Assembly: GCF_009914755.1 (NCBI RefSeq)
Contig: NC_060929.1
Source: the human T2T-CHM13v2.0 reference genome, Homo sapiens
Length of the DNA: 64,000 nucleotides
Direction: 5' to 3' (one strand)
Both the position numbers and the translations under genes were made by a program. Below the pieces are notes generated by a model. The model was given only the letters and a program-made list of their open reading frames with translations. It made no database searches and was not told where the DNA came from. Position 1 is the first letter of the stretch; each line of letters starts with the position of its first letter. Of this stretch, positions 11,331 to 24,795 are shown one piece after another.

Positions 11331-12544
11331 TATATATAAATATAAAAAATATTTTTTACAAAAATGTTAATGTGATGATCCTAAGGCATTTAGCAGAGTA
11401 CTTGGTCTATAGTAAACATATCAGGGTGGTAGTGGTGGTAATGGTGATAGTGGTAATGGTGAAACCACATATAATCAAAAAATAGATGGACGTTCTCTTG
11501 TAGCAAACTCCCCAGGGGAGCTAGTTATACTTAAGATGTGTTAAAGCAGGAGTGTCATTATCATTATAGGACGAGAGGGGAGTGATATCAGAGCTGGCAG
11601 CCCACCATCCCAACTCAGGCTCTGACTACAGAAGAAAGGGCACATAATGAAATTCCTCTCTTCCAAGAAGCATTTCAGGGTGTTAGACTGTCATTACTAA
11701 TGACCTTAGATATTATCACTCATTTGTCAGAAATAAATCTTCCCTTGAGCACATAGAAACTGCAAATGGATTCTAATAGGGATTCTAATAGGACGAATTC
11801 CTACACTTCTAGATGACGTATCAAGCCTGCATGAGCTGTGACCGCATAAACATTTCTGATCCAATGGCTGTATAACTTTTTAAAATTAACTTTTCATTCT
11901 TTGAAATCCCCTAAAAGTACAGTGTCTTGCCTTTTTCCAGATTCATATGACTGTGAGGAAATAGCCCCATTACTATAGAGTCACTAAGTATTAATATTAT
12001 GTTTTAATATGCATGTTCCCTATTTTCCACCTTCCCTTACTCCTTCCAATGGTTTTTCTTGCCACAACAAGCCACCATTACCTACTCATTTCCATACACG
12101 GCAGCCATCTGGAATGGAGTGCTAAGGGAAGATATTGCTCTTTCAGAAATCTCCCTCCCACGCAAGATATGTGAAATGCAGAATTGATATTTTTAGCTTT
12201 TAAATCTCTTTATCAGGAGTCTTTCATTATCTAAGTCATCTGTTCTGAAAAACGTGCAGCCACATCAATAATTTTATGGCTTCCTTTGGAACTCAAAATA
12301 TGTTTTAAAGCCATAAATTTTATTTTGTCAATCTTTCTCCTCAAAACTGACAGCCTCAGAGTCATGTATGGATTATTTAAAAAGCAGTTCAACTAGCTTT
12401 TCTTTTGCAGAATTTCAGCCACAATACTAGGCTTAATTTAGCCTTGTCTATGCCTTGTTCCCTTGAGCAATGGCTACTTCATTGAAAATCAAACATGTAA
12501 GAAGGTAATGGATGAATATTTAACAAGAGGCAATAGAACATTCT

Positions 12545-12900
12545 ATGGTCAAGAGATCAAACCAGGTCTGGCCATATCCCAGCTCTGCCACCTACCAACT
12601 CAAAGACCTGAGCAAGTTACTTGACCTCCCTGGACTTCACTCTCTTTATCTACAAAATGGGCCTACAAAATAATCCATTTCATACCTAATGTAGATGACG
12701 GGTTGATGAGTGCAGCAAACCACCATGGCACGTGTATACCCATGTAACAAAACTGCACATTCTACACATGTACCCCAGAACTTAAAGTATCATTAAAAAA
12801 AAACAAAAAGAAAAGAACGCATTTCAAAGGATTGCTTCCAGGATTAAACAAGTGCTAACTAAAGCACTTAGAATAGTGCCTGGCACATAGTAACACTCAA
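12545..12900 (+). mobile_element. MIR, interrupted by a short L1PA 3' fragment
   Basis: CCCAGCTCTGCCAC..GAGCAAGTTACTTGACCTC..GCACTTAGAATAGTGCCTGGCACATAGTAA MIR core. Confidence 0.8.
12682..12815 (+). mobile_element. L1PA extreme 3' fragment
   Basis: ATACCTAATGTAGATGACGGGTTGATG...GAACTTAAAGTAT plus A-tail; CATTTCA on both sides. Confidence 0.9.
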
Positions 12901-12904
12901 ATTT

Positions 12905-14445
12905 TAGAACTGGAAAAAACTATTTTAAAATTTATAGAAAACCAAAAAAGAATCCAAATAGCCAAAACAATCTTCTGACTTAGATAATGAGACTTAGATA
13001 ACCTGACTTCAAACTATATTCTAAGGCTATAGGAACCAAAACAGCATGGTACTATACAAAAACAGACACATAAACCAATGGAACAGAATAGAGAACCTAG
13101 AAATAAAGCTGCACACCTACAGCCATCTGATCTTTGACAAAGTTGACAAAAATAAGCAACAGGGAAAGGACTCTGTATTCAATAAATGGTGCTGGGATAG
13201 CTGGTAAGCCATATGTAGAAGAATGAAATTTGATCCCTATAATTCACGATATACAAAAATTAACCCAAGATAGATTAAAGATTTAAATGTAAGACCTCAA
13301 ACTATAAGAATCCTACAAGGAAACCTAAGAAACACCATTCTGGACATCGGCCTTGGGAAAGAATTTATGACTAAGTGCTCAAAAGCAATTGCAACAAAAA
13401 CAAAAATTGGCAAGTGAGACTTAATTAAACTGAAGACTTTCTGCACAGCAAAAGAAACTATCAACCAAGTAAAAAGACAACTTACAGAATGGAAGAAACT
13501 ATGCATCTGACAAAGGTCTAATATTCAGAATCTATAAGAAACTTAACTGAACAAGTAAAAAACAAATAATCTCATTTAAAATGGGCAAAAGGCATGAACA
13601 GAAGACATACAAAAGAAGACATACAAGTAGCCAACAAACATATGAAAAAAATGTTCCACATCGCTAATTATCAGAGAAATGCAAACCAAAACCACAATGA
13701 GACACTATCTCACACCAGTCAGAATGGCTATTATTAAAAAGTCAAAAAAAAACACAGATGTTGGCAAGGCTGCAGAGAAAAGAGGATGCTTATACACTGT
13801 TGGTGGGAACGTAAATTAGTTCAGCCACTATGGAAAGCAGTTTAGAGATTTCTTAAAGAACTTAAAACACAACTACCATTCAACCCAGCAATCCCATTAC
13901 AGAGTACACGGCCAAGCAAAAACAAATTGTTCTACCAAAAAGACACATGCACACGCATGTTCATCACAGCATTATTCACAATAGCAAAGATACGGAATCA
14001 ACCTAGGTGCTCATCAACAGCAGACTGGATAAAGAAAATGTGGTACATATACACCATAGAATACTATGCAGCCATTAAAAAGAACAAAATTATGCCCTTT
14101 GCAGCAACATGGATGCAGCTGGAGACCATTATCCTAAGTGAATTAACACATGAACAGAAAACCAAACAGCACATATTCTCACTTATGAGTGGGAGCTAAA
14201 CACTAGGTACTCGTGGATATGAAGATGGCAACAATAGACACTGGGGACTACTAGATGAGGGAGGTAGGGATGGGGGAAATGATTGAAAAGCTGAGCATGT
14301 TGGGTACCATGCTCAGTACCTGGGTGATGGGATCATTCATACATTCATAACCCAAACCTCAGCATCATGTAATATACCCAGGTAATAAACCTGCATATGT
14401 ACCCCCAAATCTAAAATAAAAGTTGGAAAAAATAAATAAAAAGTT
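12905..14445 (+). mobile_element. L1PB/L1PA16-like 3' portion (ORF2 end and 3'UTR)
   Basis: ORF2 C-terminal remnant KDTCTRMFITALFTIAK..WIKKMWYIYTIEYYAAIKKN; A-rich tail. Confidence 0.9.
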
Positions 14446-14991
14446 AAAATCCAGGATTATAATACACATTTCTCAAATTCTAACAAGAAATAGAAACATG
14501 AACATGTTCTTTTACATTAGGCTTTTCAAAAAATAAAAAATAAACTGGGGTTAATTGCGGTACTCTGATACTTAATCAACTTGTGAAAATTAAACTGGAC
14601 CCTTCATAAATATTTGTTAGTGAAAGGAAGGAGAGAATGCACACAATGGTCACATATCAGCCTCTGGCACAGAGTGGAAGTTCAATAAATACAGTCTAAG
14701 GATATTCAGATGTCAGAGCCTGCCCCCTTGAGATCTTGTCAGCTTGGGTAGAACCACCAAGACCTATGAAAACCTGAAGTCCTCACCTGCTTTCTGCAAA
14801 TTCCCAAGAGGTTTCATCCTCACAATCTCTGTCTCCTGGCAACCTGTGTCATCTCAACAATTGAATTCCACCCACTTCCACTTATAACACACACACAACC
14901 TAACTTTCATGAAACACCGGTAAGCTTTGCAGACTTTATCAAAAACTGGACCAGGAGCAGAAGAAGTCAAGTAGACTCTCTGAGGACATAA

Positions 14992-15347
<356 letters not shown>

Positions 15348-15694
15348 TCAGGAATAAGTCAAGGAGCACCACAGTTCTTAAAATGTCCTTTATCCCACAA
15401 CCACCACCTTGCCAATTTGTTGGCCTCATCGCCCTCCTGCTTCACTCCTTTTGGCTGACTCCTCTTGCCTCTCTCCTCCCTTCTCTTCTCCTCACCCCAT
15501 TCTTCTTCTTCTAAAAAGAATGGAGCTCTCCCAGTACCCACCTACCCCTCAACTCCTCTTACTAGGTTTTCACAACCAAACCCAAGGCACTAAATAGGAA
15601 AGGGACATTCCCTTTAACCAGACCCAACCTCCTTGAAAAAGGAGTTTTCATTAAAACAATGAAATTTCTGTTCCTATAACATTATATGTATAAA

Positions 15695-15815
15695 TCCCAA
15701 TAAGGATGGATTACTACTTTCATTTTACATACAAGGAAATTGAGACTAAAAGAGGTTAAATCCCTTGTCCAAGTCAAAGGGTAGAGTTAGAATTTGAACC
15801 CAGGTCTGCATAATT
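15695..15815 (-). mobile_element. MIR fragment
   Basis: CATTTTACATACAAGGAAATTGAGACT..GAATTTGAACCCAGGTCTG. Confidence 0.75.
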
Positions 15816-17063
15816 CCACAGACAGCATTGCAAACACTGCACTACCAAAAAAAATCTCCAAGAGGCCATTTGGCAATATTCAAGTCTGTGGCAATAGTAT
15901 GTCCCATAATCTCAGCCAGCTGTCCCTCAGAGATATGCCAGCACTTTCAAGGGGCTTGGGCAAATAGCATGAATTATTCAGCACAAACTATCAGTCCCAT
16001 TACAGAAACAATGCAACAAACATAATCCGCCATCTTCTATGAAGGGTGATTTTCATAATCATTTGAGATGCCATATTCTTTTGATGTTATTTCTTCAGAC
16101 AAGTTATTTGTGAATACAAGCTCTTAGATTCTCTTCTACTTGGAATTACAGAATGTAATAATTCAGTGCATAATGGAGTATGTGTTCAATGGGAGTTTGA
16201 TGATTAACCAAATGAATAACAATGTTTCCATCATGTGCAGCAGATGTGGGTAGTAGCGGGTGTAGAGGCCATGGAGTGGGTAGATATCTATTATTGAAGG
16301 GATTTTCATCTCTATTTCGCTTCAGCCCAAAGAAGGTGAATTCAGTCTTCATTACTTAATAATGGCTCCACAGATCCAAACTCGTGTTCATTTTACCACT
16401 CTTCTGTAAGGATTCATTTATTCCAAAAGACAAAGTATTTGTTTTGTTTTTGTCTTTTTTCTCAATGAAATTCCTTAGTCACCGAGTTATTTCAGGCCCT
16501 AACAGAAAAAAAGAAGGAACATTCAAATGACAGTGAGCTGAAGGCTTCAGTAACATTGATCTAAGACCACTGGCTCTGAAAACATCAAGAAAGCAGCATT
16601 GCTGCCTTGACAAAATAAGATCCTGGGGGCAACATCAATTCTTACCACACATAAGTACTTTGCTCTGTGTTTAGAAGCAATCAACACAAATCTGGAAACA
16701 TTTGCAAAGGAAGAAATATTCGGTGGGAAAATTTTAAATTTTGAGAGCCTAAAGTAAATTTTTGCAAAAGTACTTTTTTCTAAGGCCACACTGTTCCCTA
16801 AAATGTCTTCATCAGACCCCTTACTTTGGTGAATTTCCCATTGTCTTCATCAGACACCCACCCCCTTTGGTAAACTTCCTGAGAATTATAAGAACCTTTT
16901 AGACAGTTAGTGGCTTAAAAGAATTTTTCCATGATATTCAGTCTGTTTTTATCCCACATGTGCCACAAATCAGCAGCATGGCCTTCAATCAGTCATTAAA
17001 TGGCTGTAGGCCTCAGCCTCCTCCTGGGTAAGATGAGAGATTGGCCCTCATGCTCTCTAGAGC

Positions 17064-17250
17064 TGTCTTAGTCCATGCAGGCTGCTACAACAAAACCGTC
17101 AAAAACTAGGTGGCCTATAAACCACAGAAATTTCTTTCTAACAGTTCTAGAGGCTGAGAAGTCCAAGATCAAGGCACCAATAAATTCTGTGTCTGCAGGG
17201 CCCGTTTCCCTGTTCATAGATGGCACCTTTGTGCTCCATCCACACATTTC
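17064..17250 (-). mobile_element. MaLR LTR fragment (MLT1A/MSTD-like)
   Basis: TGTCTTAGTCCATGCAGGCTGCTACAACAAAA..CAGTTCTAGAGGCTGAGAAGTCCAAGATCAAGG. Confidence 0.8.
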
Positions 17251-18009
17251 TCAGAGGTTAGAACTGTTAGTGGTGGGGATACCACATCTCCATCTCTGGG
17301 CTCAGATTCCCTCCTAAGTTAGAGAAGTTGGTCCTACACAGGAGAAAGGGCCGGGGCTGCCATCTGGGCCTTGCACATGCACAGGCAGGCCACCTCTACT
17401 CAGAAGGACAGTCTCTTCTTAATTCACTTAAAAAAAATTGTTCTGGGCTCCTTTAAAAAGAAAAACAACAACTAAATAAAAACATACCTTTACTGCCTAT
17501 TTGATAAGAGAATAGAACACACAGGTACAAGAAGGCCTGTAATTTCTTCTTCATTTCTCTTAAGCAACAATAACAACAAAAGCCAACTTTAAACAAATGG
17601 AAGAATACCCCTTACAAAGAATCATGACAGAAATCAATATAGGATTTTAAGGACATTTGTTGAATGGACCTCAGAAGATACTGAGAATTGGATTTAGAGG
17701 ATATCTCCTTAATTTCAAGGCTTTCTCTGATGTGTGTCAGACCTTCTGAGTACCCGGCCTCCATGTCTCTCCCCTCAGCCCTGACATCACTCTTTCCTAT
17801 TTTAAGCTTTATTCTTAAACCTGGGAGCACTCAGTAGTAGTCCCAACTGCACAGCGAATGGGCCCAACCTGACCCAGCATGGGCAGGAGATATGGAGAAA
17901 GCAGGAGGCCAAAGGGGAAGGCAGGAGGCAGCTGTCACTCCACCATCCACGCTGCTCTGTTTAGGACCAAAGTAAGGGGAGCCTGATTCCCTCCTCCAAG
18001 ACCATGCTC

Positions 18010-18850
18010 TCTTTTACAGGATATAAGGGAAGGCCTCTGGAGGAGGCAGCATTTAAGCTGCAAACAAACTGATAAGGAGTCGGGCCTGGGAAGTATAGGA
18101 ACAGAATATTCAGGCAAAAGGAACAGCATGACGTACAAAGCAGCCTAGAATGTTTAGAAGCATAAAGAAGAGCAGTGCAGCTAGAAAGCAGTCTGTGGGG
18201 TACAGTGGCTCTAGATGAGCTGGAGAGGTGGGCAGCCCAGACCAGACAAGACCAGACCTTTGGCTTATGTTGGGTTCCCTGAATCAGACCATGCACAAGG
18301 ATTTGAACACAAGTAGTATGTTTTGGAGGAAGTACAGAAAAGGCACAGGAAAGTGAGGTAGGGTGGGATGAAAGGCAATACACAGTGTGCTAGCAAGCAG
18401 TTTACCTCTGTGGGCAGCTGGGTCTCACTCCCATGGGAGACTGCTGGAGATTGCACCAAGCACACCTCAGAGTTCTACCACCTGAGTGGCAAGACAGTGG
18501 GGGTATTTATCCACCTATTCTTGTCCATCACTGATTGAGACCTGCTCCTGGGGCATTAACTCCCAGACACTTTTTGTCTGCTACTAGCCAGAAAACCTCA
18601 GGTGGGGAGTTTTGGGTGGTCACAGCAGAAAGCTGCCGAACATTCAAGTACAACGAGTCCTAAAAGGAATATGGGCGGGACATCGGCCGTCTTGTAGCAG
18701 CCTTGTAGACAAAGGTAAGGACTTTGAATTGTATTCTAAGTGCAATGGGAAGCAACTGAAGGGTGTCAAAGCAGGCACAACCCTTTCTAATATACATGTA
18801 AGATGACTGTTACTGCTGTGTAGAGAAAGGTTGGAGGGAGGGTAGCAGCA
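18010..18850. mobile_element. L2 fragment split by LTR33
   Basis: GGAAGGCCTCTGGAGGAGGCAGCATTTAAGCTG..AGGAACAGCATG and GTAAGGACTTTGAATTGTATTCTAAGTGCAATGGGAAGC L2 motifs. Confidence 0.7.
18262..18685 (-). mobile_element. ERVL LTR33-like solo LTR
   Basis: CAAGGATTTGAACACAAGTAG..CACCTCAGAGTT..GGGGTATTTATCCACC..GGGGCATTAACTCCC. Confidence 0.7.
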
Positions 18851-19004
18851 CAAGAGTGGAGATGTCATTCATTCCAAAATGCCATATTGTTTAAGGTTAA
18901 GTAGTTGTCCCAGACCTCTCTCATACAGGCAAACCCCAAGTGTCTCCTGACCTCCTTCCTTTCAGCCATCCCCTCCTGAAGCCTCCCTTCCCTTTTCTTT
19001 CAGG

Positions 19005-19180
19005 CAATCTGGGTTCAAATCCTGACTTTCCCACTTAATTCCTGTGTGACCTGTGGCAAATTACTTAACATTGCCAAGGTTATAAAACGGGATAAAATTC
19101 TTTCCATAGAGAGTTTGAGCAATAAATGAGATATTAAAAGCATAGCGCAAGTACCAGCACACAATAAAGTCAACTAATGT
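19005..19180 (+). mobile_element. MIR
   Basis: CTGGGTTCAAATCCTGACT..TGTGTGACCT..GGCAAATTACTTAAC. Confidence 0.75.
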
Positions 19181-20934
19181 ATGTACAGTTTAAAATATTA
19201 TTAATACACAGTGAATATTCAAGTATGCCCTTACCACAGAGTAGTCCCTTATGGAGTCAGAAAGAAAATGAAGCTGAAACACATATGCACACACACAGGC
19301 ACACACACACACAACTTTGTTTATTCTGATGATCTGCCTGGTTTGAAGTAATCTAAGCCAAGGTTTTCTCCCATTATCCTGAAAAATTGCATACGGGCGC
19401 TGTATGCGCTGTTCCCTGAACATCTAAGAAATCATCTGACTTATTGTCTAGGCACTTCAGAATGTCAGCATGAAGAATGTCAAGGAAAATTTAAGGAATA
19501 TTAAGCAACCATCTGATATTCCTAGTTCCAAAGCCAAAGAGGAACATTTTGTTCCTACTTTAAAGCTATCATATAGGGAGAAAATAGTGATTTTCTCTAG
19601 AAATTCAAGCGCTATGAGAAATAATATGATGTCAAGGACTGGGTCCCACCCACTCTTCCCCATATAAGTGAACAGCATGACTTTGGCAGCAATTAAAGTT
19701 AATGGTTTGCCAATAATGAGCTCTTCATCAAAAAGATAAACTAGAAGCTATTTGGGACTTTTTCTGTTTTGACTTACACCAATTCCCTAGTGTCCATAAT
19801 TTAAAATGGGCCAAATACCACATTCCTCACTTATTTAAATGAAAGTGGAAAATTACAATACTGACCCACATATAGACTGATCTTTTTTAACAGGTATTAC
19901 ATCTGAAAAACTAGGGGTGAAGGGAAGGCGTCTTAGTCCATGCCTCCCCCTTTCCCTGCCATACCCTGTGATTACTAAGCATGCAGACTCTGTGAAGACA
20001 CTTACAGAATAATTTAAGAGCATCAAACCTGGAATCAGGAGACTCCATCTCTGGGCTTCAATTTTGTCATCAGTAAAATGAGAGTGTTGAATTACAGACC
20101 GATAACAAATCTTTCTGGACTTAAATATTCTATGCTGTCAGGTTCTGGTAAGGCAACTAGACCAATGCTTCCCCCCTGGAAAATGCAGGTGGCAGGAGGT
20201 GGTTCCAAACTTTTCCAGAGAGGAATAAAAGTGGTGGAAAAGGTGCAGAATCAAGGCACAAAGGGAGGAGGAAATAGTAGATATTGTTGCTAAGAGGATC
20301 TCCAGAACCCCCTGTGAAGAAGTACATGGTATAAATGAGGAATCAGTCATGAGACACAACCTCCTACCACCTGTTGGAAAGATGAAAAGTTGATCTTCTC
20401 TACAATTCTAAAATATCCAAACTTTACAGTGCATATTCAGCTTTCAAAGTAGTTTCAAAATCATTTCAATCCTTGTCAACACCTTAAGCATCCTTCTGAA
20501 TATCTAATAAATTTAGCAGCTTCTCCCAGAGTATATATGTCTAAGCACATACCTCCCTTAGTGTTTTAGTTCAAGATGTGTTCTGTCTCTGCACACCCTT
20601 ACATTACAAGGACTGTGTTCTTTTAGATTGCATTTGACAGTTTCTTCTATCAGCTGCATGCTCATGTAGACCCACAATATTCTTTTGCCAATTCTATCCC
20701 CTGCAGGAGGAAATGCAGGATGTCTTAAAAATTCAGAGCGCTGGTCAGCTTTAGCAAATACTCTTTTCGCTTCTCTTGTCAAATCCACAAAGACATGCAG
20801 ATGTAGATGTACCACCAATATATGCCTAAGACCAAGCTGTCAAAGAAAGAGCTGTAGCAGCCACATTTTACAATAATTATGCCTAACGTTTCCATAGTTG
20901 TTTTGTTCCTGCCACTTTGAAGTTAATATTTAGG

Positions 20935-21390
20935 ACAATGAGTCTCAAACTTGAGTGTGGATCAGAATCACCTGCAGGACTCTTTTTTTCCTTCAACCTT
21001 TAAGTTCAAGGGTACATGTGCAGGATGCGCAGGTTTGTTATGTAGGTAACACGTGTCATCATGGTTTGCTGCAGACCATCCCATCACCTAGGTATGAAGG
21101 CCAGCATCCATTAGCTATTCTTCCTGATGCTCTCCCTGCCTCACCCTTGACTCCAACAGGCTCCAGTGTGTGTTCCCTCTCCATATGTCCATGTGTTCTC
21201 ATTATTCAGTTCCCACTTATAAGTGAGAACATGCAGTGTTTAATTTCTAGAGGACTTTTTGAAGCATAGATTGCTACCCTTCACCACCCACTAAGTCTAG
21301 GATGGGGCCTAAGAATTCACATTTCTCACAGGTTCCCAGGTGCCTGATACTGGGTGGGCCAGCACCCACACTTTGAGAATCACAGGTATG
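20935..21390. mobile_element. MER5A, split by an L1PA fragment
   Basis: TCTCAAACTTGAGTGTGGATCAGAATCACCTG...GGGGCCTAAGAATT..CACACTTTGAGAATCAC. Confidence 0.75.
20982..21245 (-). mobile_element. L1PA 3'-end fragment
   Basis: TTAAGTTCAAGGGTACATGTGCAGGATGCGCAGG..GTGAGAACATGCAGTG; AGGACT on both sides. Confidence 0.9.
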
Positions 21391-21499
21391 GAGAAATCTG
21401 TGAGCAGTCAGTATGCTGGAACCTGCTCTTTCCTCAGCTCAAAAGAAGTCAGAGAAGGAAATCTGGGCTCATTTTATTTCTTCATTAAATTCAGATCCA

Positions 21500-21705
21500 A
21501 CTAACATTTACTGAGTTATACAAGGCACTGGGTTAAGTGTTTTCCAACACTTTTAATTCTCGTAATGACCTCTGCTGTAGCTATTGTCATCCTCATTCTA
21601 AAGAGGAGCAAACTGAGGCTGCAGAGAGATTAAGTAACTTGCCCAAGACCACAGAGCTAATAAGTAGAAGAGCCAGAATTCAAGGTCAAGTCTATGGATT
21701 CCAAG
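21500..21705 (-). mobile_element. MIR
   Basis: AAACTGAGGCTGCAGAGAGATTAAGTAACTTGCCCAAGACCACAGAGCTAATAAGT. Confidence 0.8.
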
Positions 21706-24154
21706 TCTCTCAGGTAACCTCAGTGATGCTGTAAATTCCCACTGTCTATGAGGCAGCCATGGGGCTTGGAGTAGGAGTTGTAAATGGCATTGATGGAGGA
21801 TGGGGACATTCCTCCAGGAACTGCGGAGAGGCATTAAAGGAACTCTCTTCACATGCACATCTGGCTAAGTGGGCTAAGACACACCAATTCCTTTCCCTGT
21901 ACCTCAGCTCTGCCAACTGTGAAACAGAAGACCAAAATAGTTGCCACCTACCCCCCAGCTTGTTCTCAAGAATGAGATAAGAGCTCCCAGCTATTACATA
22001 AGAAACACTTTTCTCTCCAAACTCTAGGCTCCCTGAGTAGTCTGAACGGCTGCAAGCTTCCTGAAGGACGGGGCTCACCCTCACCCTCTTGAATCTACTG
22101 CAGTGGTCACCCTTTTATCCCATCCTCTGACCTCCACCCCTCCCCTCTAGCCCTATCATTGACAGGCTGGGAACTCAGAGTTCAAAACGTGTTCCCAAAA
22201 TGATGTGTGTATTTTAGAACCTCCACTTGTTCCTGCAGAGTTGACTATCAGAGAATTTCTCTGACAGCCCAGTTGGACGCATTTTTAGGTGTTCTCCAGA
22301 TTCTTCCCCAGTCTGTACCTCACAGGCCCCTAAGGCATAGTATGCTGGAGGCTTTGCCCTCTGGGGAACTGGCAGGAGGCATGTCACACCTATTTTGTAA
22401 GCTTGGAAGGGCTCCTGTGGAGAGCCTCATCCCCTCAGAATTAAGAATCCTTTGCTGTGCTTCACTGGTCCCATCTAATGAACGAGAGAAACTCTCAGGT
22501 TCCACATTAGTCAACGACAGAACCATCCAGAGAATACATAAGTGTTCTGGAGTCAAAGTGAGCAAATAAAAGATGGATTTCTTTTTGTTTCCTTTTCTTG
22601 GCTTCGTGTCTTAAAGGGATGGCCAACCTCCCTTCTCCCCAGTCCTTCCTTGTGGGTGTTTGTTTATTAATGGAGTGGAGTGAAACCCTGAAAGCTGTGC
22701 CCTTGCTCTGAAGTTCTGATTGTAATGGAAACAGTTGCCAGGGGGGTGAAGTGTCACCGTGGTTATCTACTGATCAAGGACAGCATGCCTGAGAGAGAGA
22801 GCAGCCAGAGCCTCTGCCTGTCAAGACAAGCCTCATTCCGCCTCCACTCGCTCTGCCCTGCCAGTGGCTAATTGATTTGTGAAAATGCTTGGAGGTAGTC
22901 TGAGTGAGAAAGACACTTTATGTCTGCTTACGACAAATCCTCGGAGGAACAAAAAATCCATTTCATGCACACATTCCCCTGCTTGAGTCTTTCTTCCATT
23001 CAATTCCCAATTAGCTAAATCTTCAGCACCCAAAGAACTAAGCAGATGAAAAAAATCTTCTGATGGCCAGCTCCTGCCAAACAGAGAGAATGGCACATAC
23101 AGAAAAGAAACCTGCATCAATGGTAATAAAATAAAATAAAAATGAGGAACAGAAAAGCAGGCAGTAAGGAAGGAAAATGGCCCTCTGGCCTTTAAGCTAC
23201 AATTTAAGAGAATAACTAAATCCAAAAGTCAAGTTCTAACAGTGACCAGTAACAAGAATAACTCATGAAAAGCCTGAATCCTGTAGTGCAACCTCCTGGC
23301 AACCTCATTTAACACAAGTAAATTCTAGTACACTGATTTTCTGTTGACGTCCAGCAATCAGTCTAGTGTCTCTATGCATAGACTCAGAAGTACTGTCGGT
23401 CTTCTATAAACCCATCCCCTGCAAAATGGACCAGAGCATTGGTTTGGGATTTCCTGCTGCCCAACTGGGGATGGGACCTGCCTTCTGACTTTCCAGTTTA
23501 GCTTCTGCCTACAGTGTATTTGCTTTTCAAAAAGAGTTTGCCAGGGCTGTTGAAAAAGTTGAAGGAATGTTGATAACAGAACTGACTTTTCATCAAAAGC
23601 TGCTTCTTGTAAGTGAACTTGGCTCAAACTCAAAGCTCTTCCCCTGTTGCCAATTGATCCTTGGGTACCCTTGGGTAAAAGCCAGTAAAGTTATTCCTGG
23701 GCCTTTTTTATGTGCAAGTGTTAAATTTTTTTGAACAGCTGGGATAATGAGGCTAACTTCATTCACTTATTCACTCAGTCAGTATTTATTAATTACCAGA
23801 AATGTGCCAGACTCGTAAGTAAAACTTATTCTTTAATCACTAATTGTAATGTTTGTTCTGCAGAAATAACCACTCCACTGTTTTGGAGCAGTATACCATG
23901 AGAAAGTAGATGGAGAGAGAAAATAAAGGAACCCACTTTTTTCCCTTCTTCACAGCCTCTAAGTTTCAAAGGGCAAGGATAGTAGAGAGAGTTCCAGAGC
24001 ATTGAGCTATTTTCAAACTGCTAACTACTTTGGATTACTTTGGCAACTCCTGTTCCAATGGTTTAAATCTGGTACAACACAGCACAATACATAGCTTTCC
24101 AGAACCATCTACATTCAGAACTCATTAAATACAACCTCACTAAGACATTTTCTA

Positions 24155-24465
<311 letters not shown>

Positions 24466-24492
24466 CTAAAATACCCACTTATGCAGCTGAGA

Positions 24493-24795
24493 TTTTTTTT
24501 TTTTTTTCCCCAAACAGAGTCTCGCTCAGTCACCCAGGCTGGAGTGTAGTGGCACAATCACAACTTATTGCAGCCTTGACTTCCTGAGCTCACATGATCC
24601 TCCCACCTCAGCCTCCCAAGTAGCTGGAACTACAGGCATGCCACCACACCAGGCTAATTTTTTATTTTTATTTTTTTGTAGTGATGAGGTCTCACTATGT
24701 TGCCCAGGCTAGTCTCGAACTCCTAAGCTCCAGCGATCCTCCCATCTCAGCCTCCCAAAGTGCTAGGATTACAAGTGTGAGCCCCTGCAACTGGC
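24493..24795 (-). mobile_element. AluJ
   Basis: Antisense Alu with J-type ATCCTCCCACCTCAGCC/TCTCACTATGTTGCCCAGG. Confidence 0.9.

Noticed and set aside
20558-20818. 86-aa minus-strand ORF with protein-like composition
   Set aside because: No recognisable family, non-ATG start and no coherent exon structure.
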